64,000 nucleotides of DNA from Octopus sinensis. Its lineage: Eukaryota. Below the pieces are notes generated by a model, which made no database searches, was not told where the DNA came from, and worked only from the letters and a program-made list of their open reading frames with translations. Each line of letters opens with the position of its first letter. Within the stretch, counting starts at the first letter, position 1. The DNA lies in the NCBI RefSeq assembly GCF_006345805.1, contig NC_042999.1, positions 123,628,001 through 123,692,000 of the forward strand, given 5' to 3'. Shown here one piece after another: positions 22,871-36,609 of this stretch. A program made the translations under genes and the position numbers.

Positions 22871-24214
22871 TGAAAAAAAAGCTAGGATTTTGTGGAAAAG
22901 GCAGGACTGGTTAACAAACACTTCATAGAAAGATCTTCACAGAGTAGGGATAGATGTTCTCAAGAAACAACTTGATCTGCTGTTCAAGGTCTTAGATGAA
23001 CCTATGTCATGGCAAGGAACTCAAGAGAGGGCAGTTATGTTGATCTTTCTCTGCCACTAACAACCAATTGCATAAGAAATGCCACTGTAAAGGTGGTTAC
23101 ACAGGTGGCACTCCAGCATGGCCATAGCCTTTGGGCTGAATCATATAAAAGAAATAAAAGAAAACAAAAGATATAAACAGTAAGTGTAACAATAAAAATA
23201 TGCAAGACACTCCTCGAGTCTGACATTTAAGAATTATCGTTGTTGTTATGTAAATTGCAGTGACGGTGCTTTTATCTCGTTTTTAGAAACTAGTTCCTTC
23301 TTTCTGAGAAGAATTCTAATAAATAATAATAAAGTGAACATACATACATACACACACATACATATATATATATATCAATACATATACACCTACCTGTATT
23401 TATATGTATTTGTGTGTGTGTGTGTGTGTGTGCATGTTAGTATGTGTATGTATATATATGGTGAGAGAGTGGGGTAGAGAGAGTGAGAGTGAGGGAGAGT
23501 GCGATGGCAAAAGCCACAAAAGTTCAGTTTAAAGAAAAAGTAAAGGTTCTTTGTTTCTAACTGCATTTCTGTGGCTTTCTCAAATACTTTTAAATCGATT
23601 TTACAATGCTACAAATAAATTATGTGATTGGTTGTTATAGATCATTAAACAGAATGTTTTGCTGTACTTTCTCAGACAGTCAGCATTCTGAGTTCAAATC
23701 CTACCAAGGCCAACTTTGCTTTTCATATTTTCTAGTTAAATGATAAATTTGCCTGTGGCAAGACATGACCAACCCAGGGCAATGGATTGGCAGGACTGTA
23801 ACAACATTGGAACAGATACTTTGTGGTATTTGTTATGGTTCTTTGAACTCTGAGATCAAATCCCATTATGGCCCACTTGGGTGGAAAAACTTAATACATT
23901 GCCAGGTTTAATACCATCAACCAGCATATAGGGTACCTTTAAAAGAGTTCACTCTGTTGCTAGCATTTAGGCAAAGTCTCTGGTTTAAAGGTTCCTACCA
24001 CCGTTTATTCCAATAGTGTCAGAGGTATCTGGTTTCTGGTTGCTGTTTAAAAGATGATGAAATGAACCAAAATGTGTCAATTTTAAGAGTTCTTTCATGA
24101 ACTAAGAAAAGTGTCTAAATTTGGTCAGTGGATCTGTCATCATTTGACTAATTCTCAGCTTCATCAGTGAAGGGTGGACTTGCTACCAAACCATTCCTGG
24201 GTAGAATTAGCACA

Positions 24215-24725
24215 AGCTTAGAAAAGTATGTTCTTTATAATCATATCCAATGAAAATGACAATGGTTAACCCCCAATGAGAAAGGTGAATCCATCCCCAA
24301 ACCAGGACTATAAATGAGAAAAAAGCTACACTCTGTTGTTGAGTGGGATATGAAGAGTGTCATTTATCATGAAGCATAAACCAAAAAGAAGCACTCAATG
24401 CAGCAAAACACTATTTCATCAATTGAAAGTATTGCACAATAATTTGCAGAATAAGCACCCATCATTAGTTAATGGAAATTAGTGTTGCTCTTATAAGATA
24501 ATGCAAGAACAAAAGTTACCCAGGAAAAGAATTATCTTTTCCAGAGTAACCAAGTTACCCAGGAAAAGATAATTCTTTTGCCTCATCTTCCACACTCACC
24601 TGACCTTTCTCTTTCTTAATATCATCTTTTCAGATGATTGCAACATTATTTAGAGGGAAAACTATTAATTGCGAAGAGGAAAAAGATGGTATTAAGTGTT
24701 TCTTTATTTGGAAATCTGAACCTGA
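24215..24725 (+). mobile_element. Mariner transposase fragment, heavily decayed
   Basis: WDMKSVIYHE, NKHPSLVN and PHLPHSPDLS..YHLFR-like translations. Confidence 0.7.
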
Positions 24726-24789
24726 GGGATCAATAAATTGTCAAATAAATTGGATTATTTTGTGAATGTGCATATGTGTGTGTGTGCAT

Positions 24790-25072
24790 TAGTTTTATTC
24801 TTGGTGGCGTGTTCAATTCCTAGTGGCGTGTCCTTGAGCAAGACACTTTATTTCATGTTGCTTCAGTTCACTCAATTGGCAAAGTATGCTGTGTCTACAA
24901 TTCAAAGAACCAGTGTTGTCACATGCTCTGTTATACTGAATTTCCCTGAGAACTACATTAAGGGTACATCTGTCTGTGGAGTACTCAGCCACTTGTATGC
25001 TAATTTTATGAGCAGGCTGTTCTGTTGATCAGATCAACTGGAACCCTTATTGTCATAACCGACAGAGTGCCA
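24790..25072 (+). mobile_element. SINE family D
   Basis: gttcaattcc..tgtccttgagcaagacactttatttc core; matches the reverse complement of 32455-32775. Confidence 0.75.
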
Positions 25073-25091
25073 GTTATGTGTGTGCGCGCGC

Positions 25092-25136
<45 letters not shown>

Positions 25137-25176
25137 TGTGTGTGAGAGTTGGTATGTGAAAGCACATGGTTGGATG

Positions 25177-25500
25177 TATAAAAAACAAAATAGAATGAAA
25201 AAACTACAGAAGATTTGTATTATATAGTTGAAAAATATATTAAAATCATGTTAGGAAAATTATAGAAAATTTTGTGTATAGTGACATTGTTTTGGGAGAA
25301 ATAACTGGTTTTGCACTTTCCAAATTTTTCAAATTTCTTGAGAAATTTGAAAAGAAAATGCAAAACTGGTTATTTCTCCAAAAACAATGTCACTATACAC
25401 AAAATTTTATATCCTTTTCCTAACATGACAATTTTGATATATTTTTTAAACCATATAATACAAATCTTCTGTAGTTTTCACATTCCATTTTGTTTTATAT
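25177..25500. repeat. About 320-bp fold-back (MITE-like) palindrome
   Basis: Left half pairs with right half through a central ttttcaaatttct-tg-agaaatttgaaaa; TA at both ends. Confidence 0.8.
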
Positions 25501-25599
25501 ATATATACACATGTACTTATGTATGTATGCATGTATGCTTTCCTTTCACTCTTTCTTTAATTTAGAGTAAATTTTGACTCAGCAGCAAAGTTATGAAGG

Positions 25600-25900
25600 A
25601 AAGCAGTTTGTTTTATTCATTATCCTTTAGGTCTTGCAGATTTCCATAGTACCAGACATCGTGATCATTTGTAGCATATGAATTAAGGACTTGCATTCTC
25701 TCCCAAAGATTCCAGCTTCAGCTATACTTTGCTCCAAGCCGGTTTGTATATATCCTGTTGCTCCAATAATTAGAGATATGAAGCTGAAAGTGCATCTTGG
25801 GTACTGGATTTGCAAACTCCTTATCAATGGTCCATAGATGTCCTCTTTTTCTTGTATTTTTCTGACCACGTTGGTGTCCAAAAGGCATTGTTGACAGAAA
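25600..25900 (-). mobile_element. RLE-type LINE C-terminal fragment
   Basis: LDTNVVRKIQEKEDIYGPLIRSLQ..FSFISLIIGATG..LQMITMSGTMEICKT. Confidence 0.75.
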
Positions 25901-26044
25901 TGACATCCAGCTGTAGAATATATACTTACATATACAAATATAATACCCAGGGTTTTATTGCTCTTGATAGAGAAAATCCTTTCTGGATTTCTACTGTGGT
26001 CTGTCTCTGACCAGTCATGGCCATGTATGTCCCAGGAAGCAGAT

Positions 26045-26808
26045 GAGATCATCTCACCATCTTGTCCACGCTGGCCTCTTGATCTTGTCTATTGTCTTAG
26101 TGTCCATTCTGTCCATCTGTTGTCCTTTGGTCATGTAATGTGGCCAATCCATCTATATTTGTTCTTAATGATTCTTATGATGTTATTGACTCTTGTGTAC
26201 TGTCAAATCCAGATGTTGGTTTATTTGTCCCACAATGAGCATAATTACTTCTATTTTCTGTTGAGGTACAATGTTGAGAGCCCAAATCATCACTAGCAGA
26301 TTGTATTCACTGAAGATAATTTAAAAAATTTTCATGGAAGCTTTGGGACTTTTCATCAGGTTTTCCATCACACTAGAAGCTGCTCAACTAAGGAGTATTT
26401 TCAGGTGATCTCCATCTCTTGTCACCATCTTTTCCAGGTAGATCTAACTGTGTACCTCTTCTATGATCTTGCCATTTATGGTGTTACTTGTGTAGTATGC
26501 CTGTTGAACATAGTATGCCTGTTGGACTTACCAAAGTTCATGTTGAGGCCAAAAGGTTGGTTTGTAGCATGGATATTAGTATTTCTGCCAGTTCCTTAGG
26601 TGTATGCATTGTCAAGATGATATCATCTGCAAACTCCAGGTAGCATAGTTGCTCTCCATCAATGTTGATGCCCTTCTTGTCCCACTGGATTTTGTTGATG
26701 CCAGCATCTTGCAGACATGATGTAAACAACTTTGGTGAGATGTTGTTACTTTGCTTTGCTCCTATCTCCAGCATGATCTTATCACTGTTTTGCATTAGCC
26801 TGAGGGGC

Positions 26809-26810
<2 letters not shown>
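26045..26810 (-). mobile_element. RTE-like LINE fragment (third family)
   Basis: GAKQSNNISPKLFT..GINIDGEQLCYLEFADD and KYRWIGHIT..DNRWT translations. Confidence 0.75.
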
Positions 26811-27120
<310 letters not shown>

Positions 27121-27697
27121 TGAAAGATACACAAACAGAGCTGGGGTAGGAGTGAATGCAACACATTTGCATATATATTTTTACCTTGTTTATATTAACT
27201 GTATACACTTGAACTATTGCTAAATCATTTTCTGTTCTAGGTGTGTGTCTATGCATGAGAAACAAGGAGAAAGCAAGAGAGAGACAGCATGTGTGTGTGT
27301 GAGTGTATGCATGTATGTGTACAGGCGTCTGTATGGCTGTATGACAGTGGTTATGTTCTCAGTGACTGTGTGGAAGAGGGTGAATGTGGTGGGGGAAGAG
27401 AGAGACAAGGAAAGCAAAAATACAAGAAGCCAATCTTATGTGTAAAGTAAATAACCAGTGGATATTTGAGACCTTATAGTACTAATGTGGCTGTAATAAA
27501 AACAGTAACAGTAATTGGAGTTCCATCACCATCATCATCATTATTATCATCACCCAATGCAGAATGTCAAAACATGTGAATGTGCATATACATATATATA
27601 TACATATATACACACACATATATCATACATACATACATACATACATGTATATATACATGTATACATACATACATATATATGTACATACATACATAAT

Positions 27698-27734
<37 letters not shown>

Positions 27735-27982
27735 CAATATACATATATACATATATACACACATATATATATACATGCATACATACATAAATATGTATAT
27801 AAATATATATATGTATATATACATACATGAATGTGCACACACACATTATATACATATATATACATGCATGTGCACACACATATACACACGCACACATTAT
27901 AGACATATATGTATACATAAAAGCTTTCACTTTATATATGTGTATATGTGTATACACACACACACACACACACACACAACAT

Positions 27983-28021
<39 letters not shown>

Positions 28022-28024
28022 ATT

Positions 28025-28195
28025 TTAATCCAAACGGGAAACAAAAAAACAACAACAATGGAACAATTACAGTATTATTATTAATAGGCGCTCAGGAAAT
28101 GGAAGCAGGGAGGTATGACGTTTCGAGCGGAGCTCTTCGTCGGAAACATAAAGAAGGAAGAGAGAGGAAAGAAAGATCCCAGAGCGGGCAACAGG
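28025..28195 (-). mobile_element. Penelope-type terminal-repeat remnant (family 1) with hammerhead motif at 28113-28147
   Basis: Reverse complement guuu-CCGACGA-a-gagc-ucc-gcuc-GAA-ACGU-C-auac; GUC triplet. Confidence 0.7.
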
Positions 28196-28319
28196 AAAGA
28201 GAAAAAAAAAACGACTGGTGTTTACGAGTTGCACATGTGAAAGGCGGATGTTTACGATAACAAGAGCAAAGTGGGTTTTAAAGGCAAAAGAGTGGAGACA
28301 AGGTTGGTAACGCAACAGA

Positions 28320-29566
28320 TGTGTGTGTATGTGTGAGTGTGTGCGTGTGCGTGTGTGTATGTGTGTGTGTGAGGCGAGATGAAAAAACAAAAAAAATATA
28401 TAGGTGTGTGTTAGTGTGTGCGTCTGTGTGTAGGCGTGTGAGGTAGGGCGAGACTAGTGGTCAGCTTAGCAGACAAGGTCAGTAGTAAGAAAAAGAAGGA
28501 AGGAGGAAGGGAGGGAGGGAAGGGGTGGGGGCGTATGTAGCGTGCCAGCGTGTGTTGAGTAGTAGTGTGTGTGTGTGTCCAGTGTCGTGGTGGTATTAAT
28601 GGCGAGTAGATTGAATGTGTGTAAGAGTAATGTATATATTTAAGCAATGTGTGTATATGTGTGCGCGTGTGTGTAACGAAAAAGGGGGGGTTAAGGAAAA
28701 AGGACTCCAGCTGAGGGGAAGATGGAAGAGTGGTCCCGCGGAGACGGGCGTGGGAAAACCCAACGACACGCGACGGTCCCAGGAACGGGCGGGAGGTCTC
28801 GTCGGGTCCAAGAGCGAGGTGCATGCCGCGCGTATGCGTGCGCGAACCGGCGCAAGCGCGTGTGTGCGCGCGCCTGCGAGTATGCGCGTAAGTATGTATG
28901 TGTGTGGATGTGTGAGTGTGTCTGTGTGTATGTCTGGGTGGCAGTGTGTCCGATGAATGTATGTGAGTATGTGTGTATGTATGTGTGTGCATAGATGTAT
29001 GTCCGTGTGTGTGTGTGTGTGTATGTGTGTGAGTGTGTATGTATGTACGTGTGGGTGTGGGGAAGTGTGTGTATGTGCATGTGTGTGCGCGTACATACAG
29101 GTGTGTGTGGTGAGTGTGTGTGTGTATGTATGTGTGAGTGTGTATGTATGTGTGTGTAGGATGCATGTATGTGTATGGGTGTATGTATGCGTGTGTGTAT
29201 GCATGTATGTGTACGTGCGTCTGTGTGTGTGTATGCGTGTAGGTGTGCGCGTGTGCATGCATGCATTGCATGTGCGTATGTGTGTGTGTGTGCATGTGGT
29301 GTGGGTATATATGTATGTGCGTATATGTGTGTGTATGTGCGTACATGTGTGTGTGTGTGTATGTAGGTGTGTAGGCGTGTTGTGTATAGGTGTATGTATG
29401 TAAGTATGTATGGGTGTGTCCGTGTATGTGTGTGTATGTATGTGTGTGTATGTAGGTGTGTGGGCGTGTGTATATGTGTGTGTATGTAGGTGTGTGGGCG
29501 TGTGTATATAGGTGATGTGTGTATGTCTGGGTGTGTCCGTGCATGTTTGTGTGTGTGTGTGTATGC

Positions 29567-29600
<34 letters not shown>
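28320..29600. repeat. Long degenerate (GT)/(GTAT) tract with a GC/CpG-rich core at about 28700-28890
   Basis: Seen directly; yields spurious 427-aa and 220-aa His/Thr-rich ORFs. Confidence 0.85.
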
Positions 29601-29605
<5 letters not shown>

Positions 29606-29957
29606 ACGTGGAAGCTTTTTAATGAAGTCTCACACACAAAGTGGGCAATGAAAGAAAAAGGAAATACTGACAGAATGGAATACCCACAATGCACACTGAC
29701 AGCAAGGCTGAAAAGGGTATGTATTTCTTTGCTGAACTGAAGGAATTTTATGTGCTGTCATATTGAGGAAGTATAGGATTTAAAGAAAAACATTTAACAG
29801 AAAAAGAGAAACTGGTGTGGAGCACAGATTGCAGTGAAGATTAAATTTGAATTTCATTTAAAAAAAAATAAATTTAAAAAATTTTAATATATGAAAAAAA
29901 TTTCTTCATAACTTCAATAGAAATTTCATATTAATTAAAACTTCAATATTAAATTTC

Positions 29958-30350
29958 ATCATCATCATCATCATTGTTCTCCATGCTAGCATGGGTTTGA
30001 CTGTTTGACTGGGGTCTGGGAAGCCAGGAGGTTGCACCAGGCTCCACTGATCTGGCAGTGTTTCTACAGCTAGATGCCCTTCCTAACACCAACCACTCCA
30101 TGAGTGTAGTGGGTGCTTTTTACGTGCTACCGGCACAAGGGGCAGGCAAGGCTGGCAACGGCCACGATCGGTTGGTGCTTTTTACGTGCCACCGGCACAG
30201 AAGCTAGTCAAGGCGATGCTGGCATCGGCTATGTTTTGATGGTGCTTTTTACGTGTCACCGGCGTAGGTATCACAACTACAATTTCCATTTGATTATTTG
30301 ATGTTGATGTACTTGACTCAATAGGTCTCCTCAAGCACAGCAGGTCACCC
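29958..30350 (-). mobile_element. RTE 3' UTR and tail
   Basis: (CAT)n, ccatgctagcatggg, three ggtgctttttacgtg(c/t)cacc-like units. Confidence 0.85.
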
Positions 30351-30577
30351 TACTATCCAAGGTAAACACAGCTGGCCGTCCTGTGATCCAAGATACTTTG
30401 GATGGGCTGGGCTTCTATGTAAAGATGGTGCAGAAAACAGCCATGAACTTACGTTATCTGTCGGGTCTTCATTTTTAAACTTATTTAAAAAGTATAAATG
30501 TGTGGCTAAGCATTTAAGCTTTATAAAAATATTTTCCATTCAATAGTAAATATGCATCTTTTAGCTGTTAGCTTTTG

Positions 30578-30913
30578 TCTTTTACTTGTTTCAGTCATTA
30601 GACTGTGGACATGCTGGGGCACTCTACCTTGAAGAATTTATAGTCGAATGGATTGATGCAATGCTTACTTTTTTTTTAAAGTTTAATACTTATTCTGCCA
30701 ACTTCTTTTGCTAAACCGCTAAGTCACGAGCAGGTATACACACCAACACCAGTTGTCAAGTGGTAGTGGGGGTGAAGCACAGAGACAAAGAAACACACAT
30801 ACACACACATATATATATATACACAACAGATTTCTTGCAATTTCCATCTACCAAATACACTCTCCAGGCTCTGGTCAGCCTGAAGCCATAGTAGAAGAGA
30901 CTTTCCTATGGTG
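30578..30913 (-). mobile_element. tRNA-SINE family A (head missing)
   Basis: cttttacttgtttcagtcatt..tttccatctaccaaat..gccatagtagaagagac. Confidence 0.75.
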
Positions 30914-31049
30914 CCATTACGTTTATTGACACATGTATGCATTTATGCTTACACACACACACACATGCACCTATATACATATACATATATATACACACAC
31001 ACACACACATACGTACATATATATATATGTATATCTATATCTGTGTGTG

Positions 31050-31095
<46 letters not shown>

Positions 31096-31138
31096 TATAG
31101 ATAGATAGGTAGATAGATAGATAGATAGATAGATAGAT

Positions 31139-31213
<75 letters not shown>

Positions 31214-32029
31214 TCACCACTATTGTTTTAGCCTCTACTTTTCCATGCTTCTATGGCTCAGGCTAGAATATATTCAAGCAGAGTTTTCTAGGGGCTTGAT
31301 GCCTTATTTGTCACTCAATCACCTGTCTCTAAGTGATATAATAATCTGCCAGTCTATTGAACAAGAAACAGTATGGACATGCTTATGCAGAGAAAGAGAA
31401 ACAAATTGCACCAACATAAACAAATGGCACCAAGATATTGTTTCTTGAAGCCCTGACATACTTTTGCAATGATCTGCTAAGTAATGACATGGTTACTAGA
31501 CACATTGTTTACTAACCAGCAAGAAAAATACATGTAGACAAGATAAATATGAAGTCACTGATACAAACACATGCACACACATGCACATATATCACACACA
31601 CACACATACATATCACACACACACACACATATATATCTCACACACATATATCACACACATATAATCACATACGCACACACATCTCACAAACACACACATG
31701 CTCACACACACACATACATACATACATATATACCATACACTACAGGCTTCTTCTAGTTTCCATCTACCAAGTCTATTCACATGGCTTTGGTTGGCCTTCA
31801 GCTACAGCAAAAGACACTAGCCCATAATGCCACACAGTGGGACTGAACCCAAAACTCTGTGGTTTGAAAATGAACCTCTTAACCACGTGTGTGTGCACAC
31901 ATACATACACACATACACGTGCATGTGTGTGTATGAATATTACATGGGTGTGTTTGTGTGCATGTGTGCATGTGTATAAAATAATATATGTATAAGGAAG
32001 AATGAAATGGAAGAACGCTACTACATATA

Positions 32030-32420
32030 TTGATCACCATTTCCTCTTATTTATACATAAAACCAAATTCTCATATAAACACTGATGAAATGAACTCCTT
32101 AAAATCCCTGGAAGGCTCCCTAGCAGTAGTTAACAGCTGTTGTTATTTAGGTGACCTAATTTGCAGTGGCAGTAGGTGCCTTAAAAGCATAGTAACTTCA
32201 GTAAGAATGGTGGGGGTAGGTTTTCTGGGAACTATTAACTCTGTTGGCAACAAAGAAATTCAGGATTCAGATTTGCTCTCTAAATAGAGGACAGATTACA
32301 TGTTGTGCATGTCATAGAAAGATGGGCAGTGAATGCAAATGTTTATGCTAAAGCTGGAAATAAATAATGTGAGAATGCTCTGCTGGATGTGTAATGTTAG
32401 GATGAACAAACAGCAGTGCA
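32030..32420 (+). mobile_element. Degraded RTE fragment
   Basis: VVNSCCYLGDLICSG.. and MLCWMCNV are homologous to 11870-12150. Confidence 0.65.
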
Positions 32421-32454
32421 CAAGTGATTTGAAAGTAAATTTATACATACTGGC

Positions 32455-32775
32455 ACTTTGTCAGTTAAAACGATGTGTGTTCCAGTTGATCCGATCAATG
32501 GAACAGCCTGCTCATGAAATTAATGTGCAAGTGGCTGAGCACTCCACAAACACATGTACCCTTAATGTAGTTCTCAGGGAGATTCATTGTTACACAAAAT
32601 GTGACAAGGTTGACTCTTTGGAATACAGGTGCTACTAATTTTTGCCAGCTGAGTGGACTGAACAATGTAAAATAAAGTGTCTTGCTGAAGAATTCAACAT
32701 GCTCCCAGGAATTGAACTCACAACTTTGTGATCATGAGCTGAATATCCCTAGCCACTAAGCTATGTGCCTTCACT
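32455..32775 (-). mobile_element. SINE family D, near full length
   Basis: tRNA-like head on the minus strand; matches 24790-25072. Confidence 0.75.
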
Positions 32776-33364
32776 ACATGTATGCATAAGGAGAATGAGC
32801 AATAGTGTGCTACAAAGTGTAAATGTATTAGCATGGAGATGAGGCATATGATAGATGATTGTTGCATAAAGGAGAGCTAAACTATCAATGTGGTAAGAAC
32901 ATGCAAAATAGGAAGAGTGAGGAAGCCATGGGAAGAATAACAGAGTGATCTCAAGTGTCTGAAACTTACAAAGGAAATGATGAGAGATTGCAACAAGTTG
33001 TGCTGGGGAAGACTCATATAATCCATGCAAGAATGGAAAAATAGATGAAAAGTTGTTTATGATGATGACAATGGTGTTAATATACATCTCTCCCACAAGT
33101 TAATGTCATTTGATTCTTAGGTGTCATTCACATTCACATTGACACCTATTTTTTACTACATGTGTTATATATATAGTAATAAGTTAGAGATAACCAAATA
33201 ATAAAGAAGATTAAATGCACAGTGTGTCTAATTCAATAAAATAGTACGTACACACACACACATATACATATAAATATATGAAATGTAATATTGCTATGCC
33301 TAAGCCAAATCATAAAATATTCCATACATACATACATACATACATACATACATACGTATATGTC

Positions 33365-34007
33365 TGAATTAAAGAAACCTGAAAATAACACTGATATCTC
33401 ATTTTAACAGATATATTTACCAAAATTACATAAAAGTATCTTGAAATACTAAAAAGTAAATTTATTCAATAAAATTGCCATTGGCTTCAACCACGGTCTC
33501 CAGACAACTTCAGAATCTCTTGCAACTCTTCTGGACAGTTAGTTTCTTTGTTTAAGTTGGTGAATGCTTCCAGCAGCCACTCTCTTGACCCAGGGCAGCA
33601 CTACCTCATCCAGGCACTTGATGTAGGCCTCCATATTGAGTGTGAAGCCATGTGGGAAGATGAATAAAGGCATAATGTTACTATCACTAGTGATCACACC
33701 AAATACCATGATGTTTATAGGATGTTTGATTTTTATCACTCTTGGTACATGTCCTCAGATTGCACTGTCCTCAAATTGACACCCACTCTCAAATGTTCCC
33801 ATTGAAGCTTCTGGCACAAATGCCAAGTAGTACAGCATGCCATTTCTAAATTTCTGGCAGAGTGAATTGTATCATCGTGGTGTTTTACTCATAGATGGTG
33901 CCCAACTGACCCTACTATGTTGTGTAGTCAACAAAATCAAAAACAAACAATGCACATGTGTGAAATTAAAATTATAAAATGGTGAAAATTTACAGAGTGC
34001 ACCCTGT
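33365..34007 (-). mobile_element. Tc1/mariner relic, maT/DD37D-like, internally deleted
   Basis: KHPINIMVFGVITSD..MPLFIFPHG..NMEAYIKCLDEVVLPWVKRVAAG; TA-CAGGGTG terminus at 34007. Confidence 0.6.
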
Positions 34008-34031
34008 ATATATAGACATATATACACTTAG

Positions 34032-34072
<41 letters not shown>

Positions 34073-34566
34073 TACATAAATACACACAACACATGAGCGC
34101 ACACACACACACACACACACATATATACATATATACACCCAGACAGGCAGACAAACATTTGCATATAATCAAATCTGAATATTTTCCTAGACTTAAATCT
34201 TGCTTTGAATTGTTACTTCACAAGTTCTGTAAATGTAATACCAATTCTAAAGAGATAATATGAATGTGGTTTTGAGCTTAAACACAAGGCAATATTTATT
34301 GGAGGTGTTAAAGTATTTTGGAATGAAATACAATCACATTTTCTTTCTGTGTATGCATGTACATTATATATATATATCTGGTGTATATATTTGTAGATCT
34401 GCTTTTTATAAGCATTTCTGTTTGTCCTTTATGAATGTCTATCTGTGCTTTTGTATACATGTATGATGTTAGTTTTTTTTTGTTGCTTTTTTGGGTATGT
34501 TTACTTTAATGCAGATAACCTGTCAAAAACTTTGTATTTAAAGTAATCGTATATCAATACATTTGA

Positions 34567-34597
<31 letters not shown>

Positions 34598-35339
34598 AAG
34601 AAGAAGGTGATGATGATGATGGAACAACAGCAGTGCACAAATGAGCTGTGAGTAAAAGCATCATCATCATCATTATCCTCATCAACATCACCACCACTAT
34701 CATCATCAGTGATCTTTGATTTTCACTTATTTATTTTGGCCTGTTGTGGACAAAGCTACAAAGTAGCTTCTCTCAAACTGATACTTGCATTTGGCAATTT
34801 ATTCCCTTAGCCACCAGTTTCTGACTAATCTAATCCAACCTAGTTATGCTTCTAGTGCTTTTCTTGGCTTAACTTTACAGGGAGCTAATGTAAACCAATA
34901 ACGGGTGGCATACTGAAAATGGCATACTGATAAAGGGCCAAAAAATAGGAAAATATATATGTTTACAGATTTTATCTTAATGCACCATTTCATCAGAGAA
35001 TTGAAACAACAATCTTGTAATCATGAGTGCAACACCCAAACCTCTAAGCCATCCACCCACATACATTACATATATATGTATGTATATATGTATCTTTGTA
35101 TGTATGTATGCATGTAACTCCTGGTAAATTAACAGTTTTTGTTTGTTGATTCCACTCACAAGGATTTGGTTGACTCAGGGTTATAGTAGAAGACATCTGT
35201 TCAAGATGCTTTGCTGTGGAACTGAATTCAAAGTTGGGAAGCAATCTTCTGAAACATGCAGCCATGCCTGCACCTTGTCTCAAAATTTAGATTTAGTTTT
35301 ATATCCACCAAATTAATTAAATTTTTGCATCTATTTTTC

Positions 35340-36460
35340 TATGCTTGTACATGTCATATTTTCTTTTCCTTTGAACAATTGCTTCCACAACTAGATTCCA
35401 ACTCAGTGGCTAACCATTGGAATCCCAAGAACTGAACTTATATTTTTTGTCAATTATGCATATTCAATCACACAGAAGCAGAGCTATGTGCCTTGATCAG
35501 AGACAGAACCGTAAAATCTTGGCCAATGTTCTCCACCATTCTTTTCTTTTGTGGATGTCAAGAATTTGTACAACCACTCAATGGATATTTGAGTTACCTA
35601 ACTTCTGTCAATACAGTTTTATACACTTTCCACCAGGAATGGAAAGAATGTCACATCCTTACATTATCTTATATCATTTGAGCTCACAAAATAAGAATAT
35701 TGATATAATGCACTCAGTGTATGGAAAACTTTTAGACTGAAATCTTACAGGTCAACTCTTTCCATTTAGCTCATTTTTTAGAGTTTAAAACAAAATTCTT
35801 AATTTTCTTTCCATTGGATTCTTGCTCATGAATCTTGTCTCATTTTTATTTAGGTAAGCTTCTGCCACATGTTTTTGAGAGGCAATTTTACAATCTCACA
35901 AAGTAGTAATTGAGAACAAAGCATCCACATTAATGTCAGTTCCGTCTTCAAAACCATTGCCTTAAATTCTTTAATGTCAATAAAAGTTTATTCCAAGACT
36001 CTTCACTTAGGCAACTGACAGCCTTTATAAAACATCCATCCACCCTGAAGTGAGGAGACAAGCCTTTATGCTGCATGGCTTTCTAATATAGCAGTCACAT
36101 TTTCTTTCAAGCAAATATCTCGTATCTTAAGTGCTGGCTTTACTTATTCTAAAGCCTAAATCTCTGGCTAACATACAAATATGACTGAGCTGACCGAAAC
36201 ATGAAAGCTAATCAATAAAAAAGACTGGATGAAATTTAACATGATGGTTCCCAAAGATGAGCATTTAACTCTACAGTATCTTATTATTTTGAATTATACC
36301 AACTAGAGTTTACTTAGAATTTCATTTCCAAGAAAGGTGATGGTTGTAAAAAATATTAAAGTGGGAGGGAAAAAAACTACATATAGTATGTTTCAAATCT
36401 ATAAAATGTCATGTGAAGAGTAGAGAGGTAATTATAGTTAAAATTTTAAATTTACATTAC
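35340..36460 (+). pseudogene. Unidentified decayed coding-like sequence, copy 1
   Basis: Frame starting at 35701 aligns with minus-strand copy 2; differences are enriched at third codon positions; many in-frame stops. Confidence 0.5.
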
Positions 36461-36565
36461 TTTAAAGAAATAAGTATCAAAACTTCTATTTACTTCCAGG
36501 GTACTTTGAGCATAAGATAGAAAAATATTTAAAAGAGCATTTATATATTTTTGCCTCTTACCACC

Positions 36566-36609
<44 letters not shown>

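Noticed and set aside
28411-29694. 427-aa, 220-aa and 191-aa His/Thr-rich ORFs
   Set aside because: Translations of (CA)/(TACA) microsatellite, which lacks stop codons; no domain content
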